Shown here piece after piece: positions 1 through 10,900 of a stretch of 64,000 bases of DNA. The notes beneath the pieces are model-generated. The model worked only from the letters and a program-made list of their open reading frames with translations, searched no databases and was not told the origin of the DNA. The position numbers were made by a program, and so were the translations under genes. How positions within the stretch are numbered: position 1 is the stretch's first letter; each line of letters begins with the position of its first letter. The DNA lies in the IMG/VR virus record IMGVR_UViG_3300036768_001501, positions 27,514 through 91,513 of that record; one strand, written 5' to 3'. Origin of the DNA: a virus.

Positions 1-16
1 CTATTTTGTTGCTGAG

Positions 17-769
17 ATGATTAATGGCGCTGCGCAGACGTATGTCGATTCTACTCCTGATAGTGATTTGGATATTTCTCGTTCCCCAGTTACTGCTACT
101 GGTGGCACGTTCTTTTATCCACTGTCGGAGCATTTCCCCAGCGCCCAAATTAAGGTTTTCATGCACTCGCATAGCCGGACGCTGATTGGTGCACGTGGTA
201 CGTGGACTCTCGACGCAGAGGCTGGCCGGGCTATGCCAATGCGTTGGGACATTAATGGTCTATATAACCCAGCGGTTGCTGAGGCCAATCCATCGATTGG
301 CGTACTGAATCCTGGAATTCCGTTTATTTTCCGCAACGCAGTTCTTACTCTTGCTAAGACTACTCGTGGAAAGACATCTGGTAGCGGTGCGACGATTACG
401 GCGATTGTGAAGTCCATTTCGATTACCCCAGGTACTCCGCTGGATAATAGACGTGATGCTTCTACGTCTACTGGCCTTAAGGAAATTGGTATTCATCGCC
501 GGTTCGACCCTCGGTTTGAGGTGGTTTTCGAGGTTGATCGCAGTTTCGCATTTGATGCGGTTGAAGAGTACAATAGCATGACTCTGTTCTCTGCGGTTTT
601 GAAAGTCGGGTCTGGTCCTGTTGTCCGGTTCCATTTCCCGAACATGCAGATCATGGATGCTCCAGCGCTTGTGAATCAAGACGGCGGCATTCTCTGCTGG
701 CGAGTCGCATTTCGACCGCGTCCTTATCAACGAGACGATTTCATGAAGATTTCGTTCCTGCCTAGCTAA
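17..769 (+). CDS. Phage major tail (tube) protein, C-terminal part; probably starts upstream of the window
   Basis: The frame is open from base 2. Beta-rich sequence, located directly before chaperone and tape-measure genes, followed by an intrinsic terminator. Confidence 0.65.
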   Translation: MINGAAQTYVDSTPDSDLDISRSPVTATGGTFFYPLSEHFPSAQIKVFMHSHSRTLIGARGTWTLDAEAGRAMPMRWDINGLYNPAVAEANPSIGVLNPGIPFIFRNAVLTLAKTTRGKTSGSGATITAIVKSISITPGTPLDNRRDASTSTGLKEIGIHRRFDPRFEVVFEVDRSFAFDAVEEYNSMTLFSAVLKVGSGPVVRFHFPNMQIMDAPALVNQDGGILCWRVAFRPRPYQRDDFMKISFLPS

Positions 770-795
770 TTTGGTTGCGTCCACTCCCCTGGTAG

Positions 796-839
796 CGGTG
801 CCGCAGGCTGGATTTATCTGGTCTGCGGCACTGTTTTTT
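796..839 (+). terminator. Rho-independent terminator
   Basis: GTGCCGCAG (798-806) / CTGCGGCAC (823-831) stem followed by a T tract, right after the stop at 769. Confidence 0.8.
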
Positions 840-840
840 G

Positions 841-869
841 TTGACTTGTATCTCGTTTGATGCTATGAA
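841..869 (+). promoter_or_regulatory. Putative sigma70-type promoter
   Basis: TTGACT-N17-TATGAA with a TGn extension; SD GGAGG at 878-882 precedes ATG 888. Confidence 0.45.
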
Positions 870-887
870 GATGGCGCGGAGGTTCAG

Positions 888-1472
888 ATGGGAAAACTAG
901 CAAGCACTATCGAGAAATATGTTAACCAGTCAGCGCGGCCAGTACGAAGCGTGGAAATTATCGATATGTCACGTATCGACCCGGACCTGAAGCGTAAGGT
1001 TTGCGCTGTTGTGCGGTACGTGGATCAAATGGAGTACCGCGCTGACGAAACGCAGATGTCCGACCCGGATTTCCGAAAGCAGTTTGCTAGTGAGGCTCTG
1101 CTTGCAATTTATGATGACGGGTTTTTGCCCTTCCCAGCGGATAAGGTGACAGAACGCGCGGTTGCTGGCTGGAGGGGCGCGCTTGGCGAACTAGCTCTCA
1201 AGGTACTCTGTCCGAAAATTTTTGAAGCCGATCTTGGCGATGCCGGTAATCAATCTGGCGCTGAGCGTGTTTTCGAGATTTCAGATAACGACGACCTCCT
1301 GGCGATTACGAAGCTCATGGACAGTGCCTTTTTCACTGCAATGTATTTTGGCGCTATTTCCTTGAGGGAGTTTGTCGTCAAGGAGGTTGATCGCGTAAAA
1401 AACTCATCACAGCCTACGTCCACTTCGCCCACGCAATCAACACCCCAAGATTCTGTCGTGGAAAAGGCGTAG
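888..1472 (+). CDS. Tail assembly chaperone (gpG-like)
   Basis: Lies between tail tube and tape measure; in-frame slippery heptamer A AAA AAC at 1397-1403. Confidence 0.75.
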   Translation: MGKLASTIEKYVNQSARPVRSVEIIDMSRIDPDLKRKVCAVVRYVDQMEYRADETQMSDPDFRKQFASEALLAIYDDGFLPFPADKVTERAVAGWRGALGELALKVLCPKIFEADLGDAGNQSGAERVFEISDNDDLLAITKLMDSAFFTAMYFGAISLREFVVKEVDRVKNSSQPTSTSPTQSTPQDSVVEKA

Positions 1473-1816
1473 GCTGTTCCGAGAAGGCGTTTCATACTTG
1501 TCGGTGCTGCGAACACTCCGTGTTTCGCGGATGGGATCGCAGCCTATGTGAGGAGAAGTGCGTTTTCGACAACTTCCCTCCAATTGTTAGGGCGGTTGTC
1601 GATCTGGTAGGCTCTTGCCTGCATGTGCAGGCAGGCGACAGCGGCGTACTGTTTGTTGACCTGAACGACCTGCGCTATGACCGGATGCTTAAGGCGCATG
1701 GCGTTCAGCCAAGGCTCGAATTAGAGGAGCTTGTGCTGCATACCCTTGCCGTGTTCCGCGAAGTCATCGGCAAGGAGGGTATCATGTTCACGAAGGAAAT
1801 GCTTGACGTATCTTAA
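888..1816 (+). CDS. Tail assembly chaperone gpGT-like fusion made by a -1 programmed frameshift
   Basis: After A AAA AAC (1397-1403) the -1 frame is stop-free (KLITAYVHFAHAINTPRFCRGKGVGC...) and runs into ORF 1520..1816. Confidence 0.75.
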
Positions 1817-1903
1817 AATTCTTAATATAGTTAGTTACCTGTCAAGCAATTAAGTACTTGATTTTTTGTTGTTTTCTCGCGCTGCGTACTGTATCATATA
1901 GGC

Positions 1904-4900
1904 GTGGCAAAGCGCGAGGATATTAGCGTCGAGTTAGACGTATCGGTTACAGAGGAGCTTAATAAGCAAGCTACCAGTGTAACCAAAATCTCCAGCGCCA
2001 TATCGTCTATCAAGTCTGGCGCTCAGGAGGCTGCCGGTCCGATTAAGCAAATCGCGACCGACATGAAGTCTATTGCTACGAGCTCTTCTGATTTTGTCAA
2101 AAGCTTCGGCGATCTGCGCAAGGCTTTTGACGAGCTGAAAAAGCTCAATGTTAGTGCCGCCACGGAGAAGCTCAAAAAGGGACAGGAGAAGATTGAGGAG
2201 TTCACATCCAAGGTACGCGGCGCTGCGAGTGAGCTTGCCGATCTAACAAATAAGATCAGCAGCGCCACGTCAGGTATTGTATCTGCGTCTGAAGGAATCA
2301 AGTCTGTATCAACTGCTGTTTCTTCTCTTTCTACATCTATCGAGCGGGCCAATGCTGTTATCGATGCGTTTGCTTCGCGCGCTCGCCAATTGAGCGAGGC
2401 TGTTCAGTCAGTTGCTAATTCAGTAGCAAGAATCAGTGAATTAGAAGCCAAGACGCAGAGCGCCGAGACGCGGGCAAAGACTGAAACCGCAAAGCGGCGC
2501 GCTGCTCGTCGGCGGCAGCCAGAACCAGAGCCAGAGCCGACGCCAGAGCCTTCTCGTGGTGGCAGGAGAATTGTTAGTCGCATATCAGCCGTCGGTCAAT
2601 ATGTTCGTACCGAGCCCGAGCCTCCTCCTCGACCGCGTCGTGGCGGTGCGCGCGCTTCTGCTGTGCAGCAATATTGGCATACCGCGCCAATGGTTACAAA
2701 TGTATTACCGTCTGATGGCAATGAAAAGCCAGAGCCACCTCCTCGATCGCGTCGTGGAGGTTCGCATGCGCATACATATGTTGTGCGGCAATATGGGTAC
2801 ACAGCGCCAATGGCTACAAATGTAGCCCCGTCTTATAAGCGTACAAAGCAACATGGTGCTCATGAGTCAACTATTGGGCCTGGGCATTATGTCCATGTGC
2901 CGGCTGTTATTTATCCATCAGAAAAGGAGCCTCCGCGAGGGTACAGATACGGTTTTGGGTTTGGCGAAGACCCAACAAAGTTGTATCCGATTATGTCCGA
3001 GTATGCCACAGAGATTATGAGTCATGGTTTGCGCAGGCGTATTGGATTTCAGCCTGGTGGAAGCGAGTTTGTTGTAAGAGAAGATGCACCGTTGCAGATG
3101 AAGCAGCGACTTGCTTCGCCAAAATATAGGGCTCAGCTTGCTCAATTTCTGAGTCGTCTTGAATCTGGGCGTGCTCCGAGCGCAGCCAGCGGAACTAGAC
3201 TTTATCCGACAGCATCGGCTAGCTTATCAACCCCTATCAGCATGCAAGCTGCTAGCTTATCAACCCCTATCAGCATGCAAGCTGGCGGTGTGTATGCCGG
3301 ACCTAGTGATAGTGGCAGTGGCGGCGGGACCATTATGGGTCATGCGTCTGTGATCACGACCGAAACCCCGCGTCGCCGTCGTGGCGGTCGTCGCCCAAGC
3401 CTCTATCGTTGGATGGATGTTCGTGAGGCAAAACGTCGTTTTGCTGATTTGTCGGATCGACCGCTTGATGAGATTCTTGATCTTCTAAAAACAAAAGAAG
3501 AACGCGAAGCTCTGAAGAAGAAAACGCAGGCCGTTCAGACGGGGCAGTTCCGTATTCTTGACTTAACGAATGAGGTAGAGGATTTCTTTAGGGCTAAGCG
3601 CGAAGAGGAGCTTAAGAAGCTACCTAAGAAGGAACGTGAGTTTCGTTCGCCTTTCTATATCCCTGAGGAAATTGACATCACTGAAGACCCAGTGATGCAC
3701 GCGATGCTCAAGGTTTATAAGGACCTTAAGAAAGTGCCCGAAGCTATGCACTTCGTTGCGACTAGGGCACGTGAGAAGTTGTCCGGTGAGCGCGTACGGC
3801 AGTTCCGCGAGGTACTTAGTCAAGCTGGATTTAGCGAAGAGGACATAGAAAAGGGCCGGTTCCATGTGCCCTTTGTTCCTTTGTCGCTTGCTGCCGATAT
3901 GTCCGATCGTGCTGCGTTGGCTAATATTATGCTCGGCGGCGGCGGCAGAAAGCAGGCTGTAATTAGCTATGCGTTGAAGCATGCTCCGCATGCTCTTACG
4001 CCAGCAGGTTCGGCGTTCACTACTGCCATTTTTGAGCGTGGTTTAGGTTCCGAGCTGTTTAGTGAAGCATATTTGCAGGCGTTTGCGCAGGCAAGGCCAG
4101 AGACTCAGACTTATATTATGAAGCGTCTTAGCTCATTGCCGCGCTCTAAGGAGTATCAGTACGCCCAGAGGATGCGCTTATTCTTTGCAGATTTGTACAA
4201 GCGCAGCCCAGAGCCGGCAGTAAAATTGATGCGTGAGCTTGGCCCAGCAGTTGAATCGCTGTCTTTTAGTCCGCAAGATATTGTTTCGCTTTGGAGGGGG
4301 ATACGCTCTGCTGTTCCTGGCGGGCTGGAGAAAGTTAGGACGTTTACGGATTTCTTGAAATTCGTTGCTCCAGCGCAGCAGAAGGTTTGGTCTGGTACAT
4401 TTGTCGGTAGAACATTAGTGCTTTCATCTGCTATCCGCGATTTAAAGGAACAGTACGAGAAAGGTGAGCTCTCGAAAGGTAATATTGAGGACCTGAAAAG
4501 CCTGGCGGCTTCTGTTCGGCTTCTAAGTCGGTCATTTAGAACGCCAAAAGAGCGCCAACTTTCGCAGCTTGAGGTTGGGAAGAGAATCAATGATTTGATT
4601 GGCAAAATTACAGGCAGCAAATTCTACAAAGTGCTGCCAGCGAATGTGCAGCGAGACATTGATCACCTGATTAGCAATACTGTTGCGCCAATGCTTGGAG
4701 AGCCTGAGCATGCGGATATTCAGCAGCTATTTGATGTGGCTAGTGATATAAGGATCAAGTTGTTTGGCAGGCAGGCAGAAACTGTTGGCCAAATGCTCAG
4801 GCGATTATCAGATCATGCCAGGAAGGTTCTGCCGAAAGGTGAATTCAGGGCTTTTGAGAAGACTCTTGAGGAATACAGGCCAGCTAAGGGGCAGAAAGTT

Positions 4901-7900
4901 TCGTCTGATGTTGTCTTTAAGAAGATTTATCAAGATGTCATGTATGGCAGGTTCGGCAGTGAAGAGCTTTCCCAAAAGGTTCGTGGAGTTATGTCATCTG
5001 AATGGCACCGTGTGCGCACTGCGCATGATCCATTCGAGCATGCAAGGAAACACACTGGGGCCGATATTGTTGGTGACGAATTGAAGGATGCATATATCAA
5101 GCAACGGTCATTGCATGCAATGACTCAGGATATATTCGACATCCTTCCTGGCCCAAGCCCGTACAAGTACTATGGAGTGCGTGCACCTCTATTTGTGAGT
5201 GCTGAGCCGTACGAAGAGCAAGCAAAGATTGCTCTAGTGACTCGGGCCAAGATGAAATATTTGCCAGCTTTCAAGGATAAGAATTTTATATCCGGCATTG
5301 CCCGCTTGTACGAGATTTTCGGTGGCGTAAATCCGGCAAAGCTGATTGAAAAGGCAGAAAGCGGCAATGCGATCGCTGCGCTTGAGGCCAAGATGCTCTT
5401 GCCGAAGAAGGGCGAGGATTGGTTGCAGCACCTTGGCAAACTTATTCTTTCCCATCGCGTTGGAACATCGTTGGATATATTCGGTCGCAACATCAATGAA
5501 GCCATTCGGCGCCAACGCGAGGAGGCGCGTGCGATGCGCCGACGCATGCGCATGATGAAGAAGATTGAACAGGAAGCCAGGCGCAATGATCCATTCGCAG
5601 ATAAAAAGCTAGAGGCTGCTCTAGAGGCAGAAGAGCCGTTGAAGCGTGTTTTCTCGACAATGTATGGGCGCGCTGGCGTTAAGCTTCAAGAAAAGCAGCT
5701 AGAAAGACTTGTTGACCTGACCCTTGGTAGCGATTTCTGGGCTGCGCTACGTTACCAAGACGCGCTGGAAGTTCAGAAGAAACCAGAGCGTTTTGTTATG
5801 ACCATGATGGAATTGCTCGGGTTTCCCAGCGCCTCCGTTGTTGGCATGGGTAAGCTGCCTTCGTACGAGCAGCTTGTTGAGAGCTTGGCCAAGCATGGTG
5901 ATGCTTTCGTTTCTAATGCAATCGGGATTAGCAGAGATGTTGAGCGCGAGCTTCAAATGCTTGGTCTCGGTAATATTATTGCAAATGAGGTCTCTAAGGC
6001 TTCCGGCACGGAAGAGGCGGCTAAGAAGGATCGAAGCCGCAAGAAGGAAGTTGGCGCTGCGGAACTTACGCCGTCTGAGAGTGATGCCAGCAAGATTAAG
6101 AGAGCTCTGCGCAACAAGGGTACAAAGCTTAGTAAAAAGACTGCAAACATTCCGCTCACTGCCCAAGAGCTTATCGAGATGGCAGCTAATCTTGGTAAGG
6201 GGCGGCGGTCTATCCCTGAAGGCGTAGATATTGAGTCTGCATTTGAACAAAGGAAAAAGAATATCGCTGAGTTTGCGTCCTTGCTTGGTATTGATCCTAA
6301 GTCCCAAGCCGGTCAGAAGCGCTTGAAGGGCTGGGAGGAGTACCTTGAGAAGCTGAAGGAATCTGGCAACATATCTCAGCTAGTATTTCCGAACGTCGCT
6401 GAATGGCTTTTAGCAAGCGGTGTACGCGGAAGGCCGACGCCAGAAGTGGAGGAAATGAATCTGCGCATTGCCTCCTGGCTTCATGAGCACGGTCTGCTGG
6501 CTGGTACAAGCAATACGATTCTCAGGTGGCGGAAATTTTTTGAAGAGCAAGGTGGCCAGGTCACCAATGCTATTGCAAGCCAGATGATTAAGCCTAGCAA
6601 GCCAAGCGGCCCGCAGGCGTCTGCTGTATTTACGCCAATGATGGCCGGCGGCATGTATTCTGGAATGCCGAGTGGCGGCATGTCAATGGTTGGCGAAGGT
6701 ACTTATTCGACTGGCCCGACGATGCAGTTTGGGCAATATAGCTTTACTCCGTACGCCGAGTCCGGAAGTCCGCGAGCTATGGCTGCAGGTGGTGGCGGTG
6801 GCAAGGGCGGCGGTGGCAAGGGCGGCGGAAAGAAAGGTGGTGGCTTCTTTGGATTTTTTGGTGGCGGCGGCGGCGATGACGATGGTGGAGACGATGAGGA
6901 AGAAAAGGAGCCACCTAAGAAGCAAAAGCGCGGACGCAAGAAGAAATCGAGTGAAGAAGAGATAGATTGGACTGCTCCGCGTAGCGCGACTGGCGATAAG
7001 ACCATTGATTTTATTGTCGATCGCGTCACCAAGATGGTCAGCGCAATTCGTAAGCCAGAGCTTACGATGCCAGGATCGCAGGAGTCGTTTTTCCGTGAAA
7101 TTGTGATGCCTGCGATCGAGGTGCTGAACGCACTTGGTGTTTCAGGGAAGCCTGTTTCCGGCCCATTGAAAGGTCGTGCTGGCAAGAAGCTGAAGAACCA
7201 GCTCAAGCAGATGGGGATCGATGTCGAGAAGATGAGTGACATCGATTTGGGCATTATTGCCGGCATGCCCAAAGATTTGTTTGATTATCTCAAGTATCTT
7301 TTCAAGACTACGCCAGCAACGCCACGCCAACGGTCTCGTGCCAGCGAGTCGTTGGAGCATATTACCGAGACTGCGATTTTGCAGGGCAAAGTTGCTGGTG
7401 GCGAGGTAGACCTGTACCCGTGGCAAATGCAGACCATCAAGCGCCTTGCGTCTTTGCTTGGCCCAGAGGTTGGGCAATTTGCGTACGGTCTGTTCCAGAT
7501 GGGCAACATGTTCAAGACGCTGACGCAGGCAAGCCAGTTGGCTGCATCGAGCCCGTCGCCATACCTGTACGAAAAGCGCGTTACGACAGGCCCAGCTAAG
7601 CAAACTTATATAAAGGCTCGGCGCGGGAAGGCGATGGCTTCGGCTGCAGATTTGATTGCCAAGGCGGAGTCTCAGGCCGAAGCATTCAGAATGATTTCAG
7701 AAGGTGCGTCACTGCTGCCGCCTAAAGACCTAGCAAAGGCCATAGAAACATACATGAAGACAGGTGATGAGGAGGTCTTCAAGCAGACAGTCGATTCCAT
7801 GTTACGTCGTGAATCGGCTAAGACGCAGTACGAGCAGAAGATTCTACAGAAGCGCAATGTTGTTGATGAGCTTAAGCGAATCGAATTGACCAAAAAGGCT

Positions 7901-10900
7901 GTAGAGATGATTCGCAGCGGCAAAACCAAGCTGCGCGATGTTGATGATGTTGTGAAATATCTAGAAATCAAAGAGGAGTACGGAAAAGAGGTTGGGAAGC
8001 AGTTCTACGATGAATTAGTGAAACAACAGGAAGCACTAGATGCCCTTACCAAGGAGCGCAAGCAGCGCCTTGAGGCGCAGAAAAAGGTAGATGAACAGAA
8101 GCGCAAGACTAAGGAAGCAATCGAGAAGGCTAAGCGTGCGCGCGAAGAGGAAATCCTACCATCCGAGGCGGCTCGTCAATGGCAAGAGCTGGCTCAGTTT
8201 GGGAAGCCTCTTTATTTCGGTCGCCGTAGATTTACTCGGCAGTACTTCGAGCGCGAGTTTGGCGTAGATTTTGCTCGGTTTATCCCAACTGAAGAACACA
8301 TTGATGCGCTTGTGCGATTGCGCAAGTTGCAGGCCGAGGCCGGATCTGTTGCTGCTGCTCGGGAGGCGGAGAAGACATTCAGTGCTCTTTTTGCCACGCA
8401 GCGGCAGCGCGAAATGATGGTTGATTGGAAACGGCGTCGGCGCGAAATTGAGCGTGAGCAGCTTGAGGCGGATCGCTTGCAGCGGGAGATGGAAATCAAC
8501 CGGCAAGCAATGGAAAACATCCGCCTCCGCAAGACTCCGCTAAAAGATTTGCGCCTAGAGACGCAAGCTGTGCGCATCGAGATGGCTGCAAGGCGTGCCG
8601 GCTATTCTGAGGAAGAAGTGCGTCAGAGAGGCGCAAGTTTTCGCCAGACAGCTATTCAGTACGAGCGTGAGCAAACGCACTTCCGTCGCTTGAAAATCTC
8701 TTGGGAAGAATTGCTCCGGTACATGGGCCGCGTGTTTATTGGCTTGCAAGCATTCGACATGCTCCGTCGGGCCATCGATGTGGCAACAAACGTAACATTT
8801 GGATTTGCGCGGCAAATGCAAGATTTGCGCATTGGTGTTGTTAGTTCAGTTACTGCACTGAATAGATTTACAGTCGGCGGTCGCGGTGCCGAATTCGGTA
8901 TGCGCGAACAGGTGCAGCTAGCAGCCAGCGAAACGCAGGGAACTATCATGTTAATGAAGCAATATGCTTTGAAGTTCGGCGTACCGCTGGATCAATTGCT
9001 TGAGGGCTACCAAACGGCAGCCGGCGTGGCAAGGCAAGCTGGGTTCACTGGCCCAAATGTGGTCAAGGCTATCAGCTCCTTGGTTGCGTTCTCCCAAGCG
9101 ATGAACATCAGTATGAGCACGTTGGCCCGCACGATCGATAACGTGTTCACTGGCCAGCGTGTTGCTCAGGTAACGCTTGGTCGCATGCTCGGCTTGTCCG
9201 AGAGGAAAGTGCGCGAGCTTGTCGCCAAGGGCACTTTCCGTGAAGAACTTATGCGCCGCTTGGAGCCGGTAGCAGAAGCTGTTCAGCAGATGGGTGATAC
9301 GAGCATTCGTGTGCAATCTGCTCGTACGCTGTCTGCTATGATGATTTACTTCAATCAATTTACTCAGCCGGTTATGGATGTGGTTGCGCGTGGTATTGGC
9401 ATTGCCGGTGCGCCGTTCAAGAGCCTTGCTAATGAGATGATTCTGAAGGAGGCGCTATATCCTGATCGTAGTTTCTTGTCGAAATCGTTTGACTACGGGC
9501 GGGATTTCATGCTCCCGATGGGAGCTACGATTGGTAGCATTGTGATTTCGCGCGTTATTACCCACGCCATGCGCAATGCCGCTATGGAGGCCGCAAAGCA
9601 GGTTGGTGGAGCAGCAACTGGCGGCTTGATGTCTAGGCTTATAGCTTATGTACTTGGCGCCGGTGCTGGTGCTGCTGGTGGTGGTATTTTGCGAAGCGCG
9701 ATGGCGCGCATTGCTGGGTTCTCTTTGACTAGATTTATTGCTTCAAGGCCGCTGTTGGCGCTGCTTAGTGGAGCACTAACCAGTGGTGGCGTTCTTATGC
9801 CGCAGATTCTGTTAACGATGCTGCTTACCGGCGGGACGCTCGGGTTGACGTACTTGCTATCAAGGTCGCGATCGCAGAAACTGAGCGGTGAAAATTTGGC
9901 TGAAGCTGTATCGATTGCTCTGAATGAGGAAGCCCGTAAGGCCGTGTTGGAGAATCGCGGGATGGACGTTGTTCGGAGCAAGATGGGCATTTACGGCCCC
10001 ACTCAGGGTGCGCCCGAAGCTCGGCCTTCGTCTTCTGCCCTATATGGGCTTTTGCCGCTCCCTGGGCCTGGGTATTTGCACCCGTCGCCGACGCCTACCC
10101 CAACTCCCGCCATTACAGCTACCAGTACTCCTACTGTTACCCCTACTGCTACCCCTACTGTTACGCCGACGTCGCCACCTGGTGGTACTGCGGTTGATTT
10201 GTCAGCCGAGGGCGGTGAACCAAGCAAAGAAGTAAAGTCTGTGTCGCAACTGCTCGATAGCGCGGGGAAGATTAAAGAGAAGCTTGAAGGAGACAGGGAG
10301 CAGTACGAGCAATCTGTTTTACGTGGGCTAGCGATACCTGTTGAAGTTATGAAGGTAACGCAGCAACATATTCAGGAGGGTCAGAATAAACTTGCTGCAT
10401 TGAATGCCCTCTTGGAGCGCTTGCGGGAAAGCAGTGATGCAAATGCCCAGGCTACTGCGAACAAGCTAGAAGGAATTGTTGGCAGCCTGTCTACAGCGCT
10501 TTCGCAGTTCAGCGATACGATCTATGACGCTGAGGAGCTGGTTAAGCTTGAAACAGAGGCTCTTAGGTCTAGAGCCGCTGCCGCTAAGGCGCGTGGGCAG
10601 CTTGCCATTGCTCGTGCTCAGTACAAGGCACAGCGCGGGTTTGCTGTTAGCCCAGAGGAGTGGAGACAGGCAATTGAAACAGGCCGTCTGGCTGAAATTC
10701 CTCTTGTGGAAGAGGAGTTGAGGCGTACGCTTGAGGCTCTGCCTGATGAATTCAAGTCACTTAGCGCGCCTCCGTCTATGGAGCAGATGAGAGATTACAT
10801 TCAGAGGAGAGAAGAAGCAAAAAAAGCTGCCCAGGCCGGCGGCAATCTCTCTCGTGAATATATCGATCGAGAGGCAAGGAGGCTGTATAGTCAATATCTG

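Noticed and set aside
6900-6950. Eukaryotic nuclear localisation signal (PPKKQKRGRKKK) implying a eukaryotic virus
   Set aside because: SD sites, sigma70 promoters, holin/endolysin and tail genes show this is a bacteriophage; it is a low-complexity basic tract.
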